Assembly (NCBI GenBank): GCA_034226945.1
Contig: CP120459.1
Coordinates: 868,001 to 932,000 of the forward strand
Source: Picochlorum sp. SENEW3
Lineage: Eukaryota
DNA: 64,000 bases
Direction of reading: 5' to 3'
Shown: positions 47,106 to 63,800 of the stretch, piece by piece
Layout of the letters: every line of letters begins with the position of its first letter
How positions within the stretch are numbered: position 1 is the stretch's first letter
Program-made: the position numbers and the translations under genes
The notes under the pieces: generated by a model
The model's database searches: none
What the model was told of the DNA's origin: nothing
What the model saw: the letters and a program-made list of their open reading frames with translations, nothing else

Positions 47106-48175
47106 ATGATATATCAGAGCTTTCAGCATGCATTGCAGCGGCATCCTCAAGAAGTTGCTCTTGCCGTTGCCGCTATGGTAGGTCGATTTTCAAGATTTTG
47201 TCTCGGATGGAGAAACACGTGGTGCAAAATCAAATCTTTTTACATCATCGTATGAAAATAGTGACAGTAGTGATGTGATATGCGCAGGTTGTACTGTGTA
47301 CCATGGCCTCGACGGTCGTTCCACACAGGCAGAGTGCTGCATCTGGCATGATACGCCAGCGGGACGCACTCGGTCAAGACTATGGAGATACATGGCCATT
47401 ATATATACGGCAACATGAGGGTCAGGTTCATTCTCAGTGGAATCAAGATGGCGTGCTGCAGTATATTTTTGAATCCATTGGGGTGACAAACAAGTACTTT
47501 GTTGAATTTGGATTTGATCAGAACGAGTATCTGTTTGGGGCGAATACACATTTGTTGTACGAGGCTGGATGGAGGGGACTGTTGATGGACGGGGGTCATG
47601 AGAATGCGACCATTAATTTACATAGAGAAATGATATCTATTGATACTATTGTGGACCTTTTCAAGGCATACAAGGTTCCGCAGGAACCTGATTACGTTTC
47701 GGTGGACTTGGATTCGTGTGATATATGGGTGATGATGGAAATCGCCAAAGCATACCGGCCAAGAGTTATGACAATTGAGTATAATTCAAATTTTCCTGCT
47801 GGAGCAACTGTTGCATGGCCTCCTACATGTGGGGAGCAATGGCAGGGTGACACAATATTTGGAAGTAGTGTTGGAGCGATCTACTTGGCTGCGCAAGATG
47901 TAGGATATACAGTAGTGCATGGAATTCCAGTGGCTGACTTATTCTTAGTGAGGAGCGATCTACTGTCTGATAACATTAGGGTGCATTCCCTAAGGACTAT
48001 CGAGCAATGGGTGTCTGGGAGACCATTGCATCCACCTCCAAACGATACGTCTCGGTTTGAAATTTTCATCGATTATGCAGCATATCGAAGCAATGGAAAA
48101 GATGTAGAAAAAAGTAGGCAGGCGGCACTGTCATATCTAGAGCAAAAGACAAACTTTTTGACACCAGATGCATGA
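47106..48175 (+). CDS. Type-II membrane FkbM/Methyltransf_21-like SAM methyltransferase
   Basis: Exons 47106-47177 and 47288-48175 build the TM VALAVAAMVVLCTMA. Motifs HSQWNQDG, YFVEFG, GWRGLLMDG, DYVSVDLDSCD, RPRVMTIEYN. Confidence 0.8.
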
Positions 48176-48224
48176 TGCAAGAGGTATTTGTTGTTCTCTT
48201 ACAGAATCATGTACATGTATATGT

Positions 48225-49943
48225 TTAATCAATAAATTGTACCATACTTTCAAGTCCTCCAAAGTATAGAGGATTATCACCCTTGTCGCCATTTTCTGGC
48301 AATGAGGATGTGTCATCTGATTCCTTTCTCTGCCTTTGCATAGCCAAGAATTCCATTGCTGCACTGTCGCAATCGTATCCTAACGATCGCTCCACCATCA
48401 CAACGAACATTGCATTGGCCCATTCAAACTCTGGACGTGTGCATGCGGTTGTTCTGTTTGCATGCACACTCTCATGCATGAGTCCGTTGCCACATTGCGT
48501 TTGTAAAAGCATCTTTGCTATTCGAGCCCTCTGTTCGATTGATTTATCCGTCAGAGCTTCTGTTACCATTGCAAGCGGCCATACATAGCCAGGCATCGTA
48601 TGTTCAGAGCCAATGCCTTGGATATCCTTCCCTCTAAAGTACTGTGGGTTGATGTCAGGATCTAAAAGGCGCCTTCTGGTTGCTGCATACACCTCCATGT
48701 CAAGCTTCGGCCAGCCCAGTAAAGGAAGAGACAACAACGACGGTAAGTTCGCATCATCAAAATCTGCGAGAACGCCACCGATACCATCGACTTCATATGC
48801 GTATACGCGGACTCCATCCCCAACTGTCACTATACCATACCTCTCAATGCCACTCTCAATATCTGACAGCAATCTGGCGGATTTGCTATGCAGCGCGTCA
48901 TCCATCCATACTACTTTGTTCATCTCTATCAGTTTATAAAGTGCTGAAGCGGCATATACATTTGATGGAATCGAGTATCCGTAGAAGTTGGGGTCATCAG
49001 AAGGTCTAAACCCACTCCAGGTCATTCCTGTGTACCCAGTCTTTTTCCCCAAACCTTGTCGCTGCAGCTCAGAGTATCTATACCTCGATTTCGAATCATG
49101 ATGCTGTTCAATAATCCATGTATCGATTACAACCTTCACAGCATCAAATACGATTGGATCGTGAAGTAAATGCTCCGGTGCGTGGATATCCTTGTGGGAG
49201 AAGTAGTTCCACAGAAACTGAATAAAATACACACTCGAATCCAATTCATAATTCCGAGTCGCGACCCACCCTCCCCTCCCTAAAAGTCTGGAAAACTTAT
49301 CTAGCGTATCAATATCTCTCCATGCAGGTGAGAAGGCATTCGCATACGGATCTTGCACGATGAAGAACGCTTGTGTCCTCAGCAATCCTTCTATGATTCC
49401 TCTGAGAAACGGATGATGGCCAATCTTTGACAGGTATATGCCAACCTGCACGGAGCTATCTCGAATCCACATGTCTGGTATATCTCCTGTTGCTACAAAT
49501 GTCCATCGACCCAACGAATGGCTCTTTGCATACCCTCGTGAGAGAGTGTGATATAGTGTTCTTCCACAGAGAGCCATCATGTCACCAACAGTCTCCTCTC
49601 CCAAAGCAGCCCTCAACTGCATAGCATACATGCTGAATGTAACAACCACAAATTTGAGAATTAATATAAGAAGCACAAACACAAGTACCTTTTGTTGATC
49701 CTGTGAGAACGTGGCGTCATGTACATTGTCATGTGCCCAAAAATCCTTTGGCAATAGTGAATTTCCTTTCTTGCTGTGTTCCTCTTTCAGGCGCACATAC
49801 TCGAGATCGTTCATCAAGTCATGATCTTGCAATGCTATATTCGACACTTGATATATTGATACTGTCATCAGCATGATGAAGATGGTGACCAATACCAACA
49901 GGGAGTTTGGCCTCCTGCTGCTTGGCACTGAGCCCTGGAACAT
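48225..49943 (-). CDS. GH125 alpha-mannosidase-like protein with N-terminal TM anchor
   Basis: Exons 49943-49689 and 49616-48225. Motifs TGDIPDMWIRDS, DPYANAF, YELDS, SGFRPSDD, YAYEVDG, DDANLPSLLSLP, MHES..FEWAN. Confidence 0.9.
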   Translation of the reverse strand: MFQGSVPSSRRPNSLLVLVTIFIMLMTVSIYQVSNIALQDHDLMNDLEYVRLKEEHSKKGNSLLPKDFWAHDNVHDATFSQDQQKVLVFVLLILILKFVVVTFSMYAMQLRAALGEETVGDMMALCGRTLYHTLSRGYAKSHSLGRWTFVATGDIPDMWIRDSSVQVGIYLSKIGHHPFLRGIIEGLLRTQAFFIVQDPYANAFSPAWRDIDTLDKFSRLLGRGGWVATRNYELDSSVYFIQFLWNYFSHKDIHAPEHLLHDPIVFDAVKVVIDTWIIEQHHDSKSRYRYSELQRQGLGKKTGYTGMTWSGFRPSDDPNFYGYSIPSNVYAASALYKLIEMNKVVWMDDALHSKSARLLSDIESGIERYGIVTVGDGVRVYAYEVDGIGGVLADFDDANLPSLLSLPLLGWPKLDMEVYAATRRRLLDPDINPQYFRGKDIQGIGSEHTMPGYVWPLAMVTEALTDKSIEQRARIAKMLLQTQCGNGLMHESVHANRTTACTRPEFEWANAMFVVMVERSLGYDCDSAAMEFLAMQRQRKESDDTSSLPENGDKGDNPLYFGGLESMVQFID

Positions 49944-50170
49944 GGCGACACCTAATCTCTCTATTGCGATGATGAAGACTGTATCTTTACTTCATATATA
50001 TATATCAACGTAGAAGTAAAAGAGAAAAGATGAGTTCTTTCTGCGCCAGCTTTAGCGCGAGCTTGTCAACGCAGAGGTTCAGCACAAGTACAGTTGGGAT
50101 ACCAAATCAAGAGCAACATCAAGGATAAAGATACATATGCAACCTCAAATTTACAAAAATAATTTCAGTT

Positions 50171-51802
50171 TTATGCAACGCACAGCAAAGCCGCATGCTG
50201 CCCACCAAACTCCAACTGTAATGTCTTTGAAGGCTGGAAGCGCTTTGTCTGTGCCACCTTCCGTGGGATGACCTCATCGTCATCATCGTCACCCTTGGCG
50301 AGCTGATTGCTTGTTCCAAATCCCCATAGATATACTGATCCTTTTTGGTCAAAGCAGCCAGACACAGCAAGCCCACCAGCGCCCCCTACAACCTTGACAC
50401 CATCCAGTCCATCAACAGGATGAATGGCAGGACAAGGGGCATCAGAGGACACATCCGCTCCTTGCTGCCCTAATCTACCATATGTAGGTCTACCGCACGA
50501 CAAAAGAGAATCTTTGTCAGTAAGAAAGAGTGTGTGATGCTGTCCAGGATAGACTCGCGAGATGGAGTGCTTGCTGCCAGACTCAACCAAGGTGAATGAA
50601 TATACAATGTCCTTACCAGACACTCCCAGCTGCCCATAATTATTCAATCCGCACACATATATAGAGCCATCGGAAAGCGTAACAAACGTTGAATACGTTC
50701 CACAGGCGACGTCAGTCACAGTACTTGAATGCGACCCACGTGGCCTGCGTATCGCACATGCAGTTGGCGTCAGAAATGTAGTCAACCTAACGCGATCGCT
50801 CATGCGTGGTCCTACGCGCCCCAGCTGTCCCTGCTGCCCCGATCCCCAACTCATCAACTTTCCATTCTCAGTCACAGCACAAACATGGTCGGCACCAGAA
50901 GCTATACGGACAAGAGGAGGGTGTGCCTCCCCTGGTGCATACACCTCTGTCGGAATCAATTGCAATTTCTTCTCCACAGAGAATCCCATGACACCACTAG
51001 CATCTCTGAATGTTCCCCACGACCACACAGACCCATCATCCATCAGGGCGCACGTGTGACTGTCCCCAGCAGACAGCTGCACCACGCGTATGCTTGAAGG
51101 CAGCAACACCTTGCCAGGAACATATGGATCCCCACGCTCAGAATGCTCTTTTCCTTCTGGTGACTCATCCCATATTTTATCATTTGTTGGACGACCTAAA
51201 GCGCCCTCATCATTCACACCCCAGGAATACACAACACCATCTGCTGTCAGTGCCACTGTATGCATGCCACCACACACCACCTGAACAACACCCGTCCCTT
51301 CCAAATCCAAGGGGAAAGGCCTCAATTTCTCCGTCACATCCTCTCCAAGCCCTAACTGACCGCAATCGCCGTCTCCGAACACGAATATAGTCCCCTTTTC
51401 CTGCAATCCATCATACCATGGTTGTTGTCAAATGGTCCACAGACACATCCCTTAATCTACAGATGTGTCGGCTTTTTTATAGAACACACGTACCTTGGGA
51501 TGAGACACATGAGTCACTATATGCCGCTTTACAGGGAGCACACGGGCCTTTTTCGTCTGTCGTTCAGTAGCCTTGGCTGCCTTCTTTCTCTTTTGAGGCT
51601 TGGCTGCCTTCTTCGTAGTATTCTGAACTTTGGCTGATTTGGACGGACGATTGACTCGTTTCGTAACCCCTTTCGTTCGTTTCCCTACTTTTTTTTCCTC
51701 AGCCACACTGTCCTTTGGAGCACGGGCAGTCTTCTTCGTCATCCTGGCGCTGGGCCTGCCACGATGTCCACTATTTGACCCGACTCGTCTTGCTACTGGC
51801 AT
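50171..51802 (-). CDS. RCC1: Regulator of chromosome condensation RCC1 (Ran GEF)-like
   Basis: Exons 51802-51494 (basic NLS-like tail) and 51400-50171. Motifs GGMHTVAL..SWGVNDEGALGR, WGTFRD, GLNNYGQLG, GGQH. Confidence 0.88.
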
Positions 51803-52033
51803 GATTCACACACTACTGGTGAAAAGATGTATAAAAATAACAATGAATGCATGGGATGCGGATACACATGCCAGGATCGCTCCATGCATGCCTTAAAAAG
51901 GACAAAGAGAGAAGAAGGCCATCATTATGGCATGTAGGTGTTACACACATCATGGCCATGGCTCCATAATATCGTCGTGTACATGTATGCAATAGTATTC
52001 ATTGAAATAAAACGTGTATGTCTCTGGAGTTCA

Positions 52034-53069
52034 TCAAGAACTCAATGCACTGTATCCTTCCAATTCAAGTTGATCGACAAGATCCATGCCACCAGTCGTA
52101 ATGATTTCACCCTGCTGCATGATGTGAACCTTATCTGGAGTAATATAGTCCAAGAGCCTCTTGTAATGGGTCACCATGAGGATGGACATGTTTGGCTGGC
52201 TCTTTTTGAGACCATTCACAGCCTGTGACACATCCTTCAAGGCATCAATGTCAAGGCCACTGTCAATCTCATCCAAAATAGCACACTGCGCTTCCAAGCA
52301 TGCCAGCTGAAGGATTTCATTCCTCTTCTTCTCTCCACCAGAGAATCCCTCATTCACATTTCTATTCAAAAACACTGGGTCCATGTTCAATGCCTTGAGT
52401 TTTGGGGTGACCATGGAAAAGAACTCCAATGGGTCCAACTCTGGCTCGCCTTTGGATTTACGCATGGCGTTGGTTGCCATGCGGAGGAAATCACTGTTAC
52501 TCACCCCAGGAATTTCAACTGGGCTTTGGAAACTGCACATACAATGCCATCAGAATGGTACGTATGGACATCAGGACTGATTTAAAAAGCAACTTACCTC
52601 AAGAAGAGCCCCATATGAGCCCGTTCCTCGGCCTCAAACTCGAACAAGTTCTTTCCTTTGTAGATTGCCGTCCCACCCGTGACCTCATAGTCTGGGTGGC
52701 CAACGAGCACCTGCGGAGTCGGTCGCATACCAGTTTGAATCAGCAATAAAACACGCCCATTATGCAACATAAACTACATACCTTTGACAATGTACTCTTT
52801 CCAGAGCCATTCTTCCCCATAATTGCGTGAACTTCTCCCTCGCAGAGTGTCAAATTCACTCCCCGGAGAATTTCCTTTCCAGAGGCAGCAATCTCCGCTC
52901 GAAGGTCCTTCACTTCTAATAGTATATCACCAATAGCCTGGCATTCCACATTGGACCTGTTGCGGTGACCAATGCGGATAGAATTGGGTCTGCTGGTGTT
53001 GGATAATTGACTGGGTGCGTGTTTTGGCTGCCCAAAAGCCAAAGGCATTCGCATTGTCTGTGCCATCAT
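52034..53069 (-). CDS. sufC: Plastid Fe-S assembly ATPase SufC
   Basis: Exons 53069-52782, 52710-52598, 52532-52034. Motifs [47 protein letters not shown]. Confidence 0.96.
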
Positions 53070-53136
53070 TATCAATATCTCGTAACAATTATTAATATTA
53101 TTATTGTACAACAGGTGCTGTAATGGCGTTCATCGG

Positions 53137-56165
<3,029 letters not shown>

Positions 56166-56480
56166 TTCGCCACTATTTATGTATCGGGCTTAAACTCGAC
56201 AGAACGCGTTGAGGCGTTACGATACTGCAAAAGCCAGCTATGTATATCCCAGATTTTCCAAAGTTCCTTCGCTGAACTGAAGGCAAATTTCTCCAAGTTT
56301 GAGAAAAATTGACGCGTACAGCGACAGGCATGCCAGGTTGTAGACACTTAGAATACCCCTAGGGGAGCATGGCCCAGGGTTGGGCAAGATCAATTGACTG
56401 TGGCATGGCTTCCGACACCAAGGCACCTTGCCAGCAATTGACATGCCAAGGGTGTTTGAGGCTATTTGAAAAGAACGTGA

Positions 56481-57486
56481 TTACACAAAGAACATAAGAG
56501 ATATCATTAAGATTGATGAGCCTTTCAAGGAAGAAATAGCCCCTGAGGATGCTTCGGTTGGTGGTGGAGAAGGTTGCATATCTGGACGCTCAGGCTCAGG
56601 CTCTGGTTCAGGTTCAGGCTCTGGTTCAGGCTCTGGTGATGGTTCTGGTTCTGGTGATGGTTCTGGAACACCAGTACTTGCCGGTGGCTCCGCTGTTGCA
56701 GTAACCTGGCGATCAATAATCGGTGTGCAATCATTCTTTGGCTCATCAAACTTGACTGTGGCAGTGGACACACCAGGAGTCTTCACCCTGTGTATCAAAA
56801 CCTCTGGTTCTTCAAGGCTAGAGAATTCTGCGACTGGACCAATGGCGTATATTACTACCTGAGATCCATCGGCAGGCCACGCATTATTTTCCTTCCCATC
56901 TGTGGGCCCAAGTGGCCGAGTCATGTGGATTGCCATGGTATCACCATTCCTGTTTGCCTGAATCACTTTGGCCGATGTGGTCTTTGGAGCAGTGCTATTC
57001 CCCGCAAAATCAGGGCACACACCATCTCCTGTTGCGAAATCGCACGGATTCTTGCTCGCAAGCTGGTAGTTCAATGCAAAAGGCTGTTCACCTACAAACC
57101 CACCAATGAGCGCAGTGCTACCTGTCATCCTCGCCGACGGCACCCCAGGTTGCGAAAATCCAAAGGCAAAGTATTGGTTCCCGATCTCCCTGGTGGTACC
57201 CTCTAATGCAATATCGAGAACAGTATCGTCCAAGTTCCAATGAACGTTCAGCACTCCAGGAACGAGCTCTTGGCAGTTAGGGAGACCATAAAGCGCGTCA
57301 TCCTGGCCAGCGACGGAATCTGCACAAAGATGCCATCTTTAAGTTATAATTCACATCTTCGTGTATAATGATCAATGCATTGGCCATCCGAGGCACAAAG
57401 GCCTGCCAAAGTGCGACCAGAGCGTCAAACAAACCTTTTGTGACCACGAAAAGGCACAATAACAAAACCAATTCGACAGTCCTCAT
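56481..57486 (-). CDS. Single-DOMON secreted protein with (PE)n stalk and GPI-like tail
   Basis: Exons 57486-57435 and 57319-56481. Signal peptide; LYGLPNCQELVPGVLNVHW..FAFGFS..MTGS..GVCPD..IYAIGP..H; hydrophobic C-terminus. Confidence 0.85.
56589..56667. repeat. Pro-Glu coding repeat
   Basis: Hexamer repeats encoding PEPSPEPEPSPEPEPEPEPEPEPEPE. Confidence 0.85.
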
Positions 57487-57854
57487 TGTCACAGTTTTCA
57501 GTATTCACTAGAATGAATAATTTCCACTAGTAGCTTGGGAATGGTAGTAGTAGTCTTTGTGTTATTTCCGAGAATCATTCCCAGAGGGCGCCCTGCCGTG
57601 CATGCGAAATTCGAACAGGATCGCACCAGACTCGTGGCACATCAACGCCGGACAGTGCACTGTACAGTGACATGTTACGGAGCCACTGTAGTTTGAAACT
57701 ACCTGTTTGGGTCCAACGTCGGGTGCTTCAATGGCGATACGATTCAGGAGAATTTATATAACAGGGAATCTTACAGGGAGTTTTATTTCCAAGGCACAAA
57801 AGGGAAAATCTAGACCATCTTCTATCCATGCTGTTGAGAACACAACCACACTCC

Positions 57855-60800
57855 TTATGGATTTTCCTCAACATCAATTTCTGCCACAACATCGTCGTCG
57901 ACATTATGCGCCTCTCCTTCGTCATGATCAGCCTTGATACATACTACTTGATCAGCATCTATAGCGCCAATCATGTCAGCTGGCTGGTGAAGAGGACTTG
58001 ATGGATCCTTGCTTTGTAAAATCGTACCAAGCTGTTCAGAGAGCTGATTTGGATCAAACAATGTGTACATGGAGCTCTGCAAACACAATATAGAAATCTA
58101 AGCGCAAGCATGGACTCCATCATCTCTCAGCATAGCTACACGTACCTCATCTGAAGGAACCAGGGAGATCCATGTCGTTCGGAAATCATTGTCAGCTGCA
58201 AGCCTTTCGGATATTTGATTGCATACAAGAAGGGATGACGCAGCCCATTTTAAGAACTTTTCACCATAATTGTAAACAGAAGCAAATGCGTTGGGATTCT
58301 CTTTGAGGACTCCCAAGAGTATGACTGTCATCAAATATGTCTTGACTGCATTACGGCATAGCAGGCAGGAATCCATGAGCCCAGGGACCTCAGTACGGGA
58401 CTGTGAGGCTACTTGTTCAGGTAAAGACACATCTTCGATCACAAAGCCCGAGACGAAACTCCTGCAATTGTTATGATGATCAGTCTTAGGTATGGATCAG
58501 TAGATAAGGCATGCTTCAAACAAAACGTACAAAATTCTGGAGACAGCATTGGAATCTTCCATCGTCAAAACATCTACAATGGAAGATGCCTCTGATGCTA
58601 GCTCCCTTACACTAGAGGAATCCTGGATGTGAAGCAAAATAGCAGCTACCAGAATATTCGAACGAGATAGATTCTCCCAAGCAAACCATTTCATGAAGAG
58701 TATGCTTTCCATCGTCTCAATCTTTCCTGGGAGTAGATAGAATCGAATCGCCTCTAAATATGCTGAATTTTCACTTGAAAAGATTCCAGATGGTAGCTCA
58801 TTAATGTGTCGCTGTTCAGAGGACAATCGCAAAACAAATGGATTTGACAACTGCAAATCTTTGTCCTGGGTAGAAAGGCTAGGGAGTCTATGCATTCGTA
58901 GCAAGGGAAGAACCAATCCCAAGTATGGATCTGCGAAATCCTGAGCTTGCCGTTGAGACCTTGTGAGTTGACGCCATAAGTGAAAGATACTTCCAGAAAA
59001 GGACACTAGGTCGACAATGCTCTCCAAGAGAACGCCCTCCACATTCTTGATTGATCGCATTTCGTACAGGACTCCAATCATATCTTTCCATTTCACCGTA
59101 GCCGATGGATAGTTGGCAAGGCTGGAGCGCACGTGGCTTATGACTGACTCGATGATTCGTGCAACAGTGGATTTGGAATTTTCCATGCCATCTGACAATG
59201 AACGAATACTTGCCGCCAGTATTTGGCTCATCAGAACCCGTGATGATTTATAAGGCGATTCAAGTGCAGAGAGAGCACAAGACAATTGACCATTTGGCGG
59301 AGGAGTAAAAAATTCCAGCGCTGTCTCTGCTACTGACGGCAGAGAACAAGCCTTCTTTAATGGCTCTATCATTTCCAATACTGGATCCACCTTTTCATTT
59401 GATCCGTCAAATGGGCTGAAAATATATACCTGGCAGATATATTTGATACATAGCGAGACAGTCTGTCGAACAGTTGATTCAGATGCCTTGTCTTCCCTTC
59501 GATCATGCTGATAAAAGATTTCATTACGAAGGTGCATATTAGGACCCGCTGAACCATCAACCCTTTTGGACTTCAGTGCACGCGGCCCATCAAGAGCCAT
59601 GGACATTTCTTTTGACAGCATCAGCATGAAATTGGCAAGAGCTGGATGAAAAGCATGCATCCTATTGAGCTCCATGAAATTATTCAGTACCATCTGCTCT
59701 CTTTTCTCTGCTGGGATGAGATGGAAAAGATCTAAAAATCCAATATTCTCTTTCTTATTATCATCTACTCTGTCATACATAAGCATGTATGCAGAATGAT
59801 TACGCTGATACCGTCGATCTGATCCCTCTGGAGTGAACAAACCACCAAAGCAGTCCCGATCAATATTAGATATGTCCCAGGGCGTGACAGTATCATCATC
59901 GAAGCAGAACCATTCACCAGTGCTTCTATCTTTTGCATATGAATAATAGTGCCCAGCAAAGGCCGTCCCGCTGTGGATGATGATCCCTGACAATTCGTAC
60001 ATGTACTCCTCGCTGTCATTTGCATGGGAGGTGTCTACATAAGGCTGCATGTCCAAGTGCAGCGGGAACTCGAATCTGTCTTTGATTTTCCATCTAGAAA
60101 GAGTCTCAAAATCCCACTCAAACCTCTTGAAATGCAATACGAGCGTCTCTGGCAAACGCTTCAAAAGAGTTCTTTTCTTGGCATCCACTTTGCGCCCCAA
60201 CTGTTCACAAAACCATTGATTCTGAGCATCAAGAGTCTCTACTGCGACGTAAGATTCTAAGCTCTGAATAAGATTTTCCTTCCCCCTGACATCAAGAGAA
60301 ATTTGGTAGAACTCTTCTTCTCTCTCAGACCGCAAACCATCGTGCCCTGGAACCTCAATAATTTGGTTGAATGACCCGCCAAGGACTGAATAAATTACTC
60401 TGTCCTGTCCCGTAGCTTTCAAATGCTCGTCAATTGTATCCTGAAGCCTTGTAAAAAATTCATAGGCATCCTGATGTTCTTGCACATTGACTGGATTTCC
60501 ATCATAGTCTTTGAATACTTTCCAAAAGATTGATGGGTCGACTGCTGGACATAGGCCACCTGACATTTGCAAAAATATATGTCCCAGGGCATCTAATACT
60601 GGGCATGAGGAATCCTTTCTATCATTCAGACATAGCAGAAGATTTTTTCGCACATTTGGCTGCATATATAATTGTTGGAATGTAGCATTCATATAGCATG
60701 TTGCTCCACCATTCAAAAGCCCACAATAAGAATCCACATCTCTCACTTTTCTCTGCACTGTGTTGTTGTATAACCTGGGGAAACCTCTCTTTGACTTATC

Positions 60801-63800
60801 AAAGACATTCATCAGCTCTTCATGGAGGGTTTGCCAGCAGTTGTGGCATAGCAAAGCGCAGGAGAGAAGAATTCTGTACAGGCTTTCTTGCTCCCTCAGA
60901 GAGTATAATCCATTCTTCACTACTGTGATGTAGTGCCCCTTATCACCAACAGCGCAGCAATCATCTGCACTGTGAAGTTTAATTTCAGGGAAAAGGTACT
61001 CTGATATGATTTTTGAGACAAGAGGCTCCATTGTCGTTGGCATCCCAATATCAGCATTTTGGAGGGCAAAGTGCAGCGATCTTGAGTAGTTTTCAATAGG
61101 TTCGTGCTCAGCCAAACTCTTTTCGATGCACTCACAAAGATTCATTGCTAGAGGTACCATTTCATTGTTTAGCTCGCCGTTTGAATGCCCTACCAACTGC
61201 ACACAGAATGCAGTTTCTTCACTGGAGGGATTCTTTGCCAATATGATATCCCTTGCAATCTCTTTAAAGAATCTCTTTCCCAAGCCATGATTCACACTAA
61301 ATGAAAGCGCTTCCTGTACTGCTAAGCTTCTCACAAGATCCGACTCCACTGCAAGCAAGCGTTTGAATATCTGAATCAGTTGCCCAACAAGGGATACCTC
61401 CAATTCACCTTTTCCATTGCACAATCTGAGAATCACCTCAAGACTGGCACAACAGATGAAGTACAAATCTTCTGCAGAATATTTTTTTGAGTTATTCGTG
61501 CAATCAGTGATGATTAAAAGAGCACTCTGTAATGAGCGGTCTGTGAGATCATCACTGCTTTCACTGCATCCCAGAGAGATGTGCTGCACCAGGTGAATAA
61601 ATATATCAGCTACCTTTCCCTTATTCGAATCGAGTCCCTTCTGATAGACCTCTTGCAATACCTGAAGGAAGTTCAGGGGATGCTGTATGATTTCTGAGCT
61701 TTTTATCCCATCCCCTATCATAGGATTCATCTGCGAATACAGGATGAGGCAAGAATACAGCATGGCTGCGGAATTTGGCTCTCCTTGAGATTGATTTAGA
61801 CCTATGAAGGATTTGAACTCTATCATATCAGTGCTTTTCATTCCTGACAGTGTAAATTTGCCTACGGCATCAAAAACAGGCAATTTGAGTAGGAGATCCA
61901 TTGATAGAATAGAAATATCTCTCAGTATCTTGCGGGCTGAGTGTCCATCTTTCGCGCTAAAATCCAGGTCCCTGGAATTCCCCATATTTGCAAAGCTGAT
62001 CAGTATTTTGAATAGCTTCAAATCATTTGATAGAATTTGCGCCACTCGAGGTCGGCTTTTAGAACACTGATTTACCATTGCCCCATGTGGCATGGCAGGT
62101 GTGAAAACTGCCATCACAGGGGACTCTCCTGAAATGCACGAAGATACGCTTGCTGCATTATCTGATATCTCACGACCCTGCACGTTTTAGAAGAATAATC
62201 ATTCAGTTACGCTAAAATGTAGAGATCGATTAAATCGAAATCGCACCCCTTGAAACAGCCTAAAGTTTTCCTGAGGTATAAAATAACCAACAAAGTGTGA
62301 TGCTTTCCTGGACACCATTCCGCGAAAGTCTCCAACCAACGCGTTCCTTGGGCATGATATTATTTCAACAAGCTTTTGATTTGCTGAGACTCTTGGGCTG
62401 AGGGGAAGTTGTTGGAAATTAGCACAGATGCAAACATCATCACCCTTGTAGGAAGAATCCAAAGGTCTGTCTTCCAGCTGATTGGGAGCAAAAGCTCGAA
62501 TCAAGTCTTTGAAATACTTCATGAGCTGCTTTATTATTTTTAATCTATCGACACCACTGTATGTCTTCATGGAAACGGATTTCCATGGAATTGCCTCATC
62601 AAGAGTTGCATCAAACATCATCTGATAGGACTCATGGAATAAATCCTTGCATTTTTTCACACTTTCCATGACTTGATGAACACTACTATCGTCTCCAACA
62701 ACGCTGATCTTTTCGGATAATACTGAGCTAAGACTTTTGGATGCCTCTCTTGCGACTGCCTCATTCGAGCATGACACAACAATATCTGACAGGAATGAAA
62801 TGACAACATCCCACAGTCCCATTGAGCTATTCTCTTTGCTCATTTCCAGCAGAAAAGTATATGAGGACTCTCCCGCGTATAACACAGTATTATAATCGAA
62901 CGCTGACGCAAGAAAACCAGTAATACACCGCCATGCAGTGAAGGTCAAATGTTTGGCTTGAACCTTGTCGAGGGCAATTAAAAGGAACTCGTGAAGAGTC
63001 TCACATTGGACTCCCTTCTCCCCCTGCACGAAAGATACAAGAAGATTCCAAGCAAACTCATTCAGATTATGAGAGTACTTTTGAGCATTTGTCCAACCGA
63101 GGATCGTCCTCATGAGCTCGATGCTGACATAGTAGTCCGAGTCATTCAGAACGAGTTTCAGAACCTTGTTGAAAATAGTCAGTGCTTCCCTGTTCGCTTC
63201 AGAAATGGGCCTCTTTTCCACCAGAGAATGTTCTAAAATCCTATCATACAGCTTCACAAGACCTTTCGAGAAGGCTGCATTTGGGTTGAGCTCCTTATAA
63301 ACCTGAGACACAACTGCTCTGGAAATATGGCGACCTTGAAAAACATGGAGCATCACCTGCAGGGGCCTCTTCATATCTTCTATCGAGTCTACGGTGAGTT
63401 TAGACATACAGATACGAATTGCTTCCGCAATAACTTTCTCAACCCCATCCACCTCCTCATATGCTTCACACACATCTAGAAACAAACTTACACTTCCTAC
63501 ACTCTCTGGAACCGTGTCATCAAGAGCAAAGTTCAAACTGATACCCATCAGGCGATAGATCAAAATTCCATATGCATCATATTTCGAAGCAGTAGTCAAT
63601 AGATCGCCAACATATTTGACTGTTGAAGACGACAAATGTGTATCTGCAAGCTTCTGGCACAACAATGCATCTGCATTGTCTTTTGGCATACTACTTGCCA
63701 AACTGCCTAATAATTGAGCAACATTGCACTTTATTTCTTCAAATGTTCCTTCATCGTCCAAAATAGACCACAAATATTGCATGTGGTCTTCGCTCACAGC

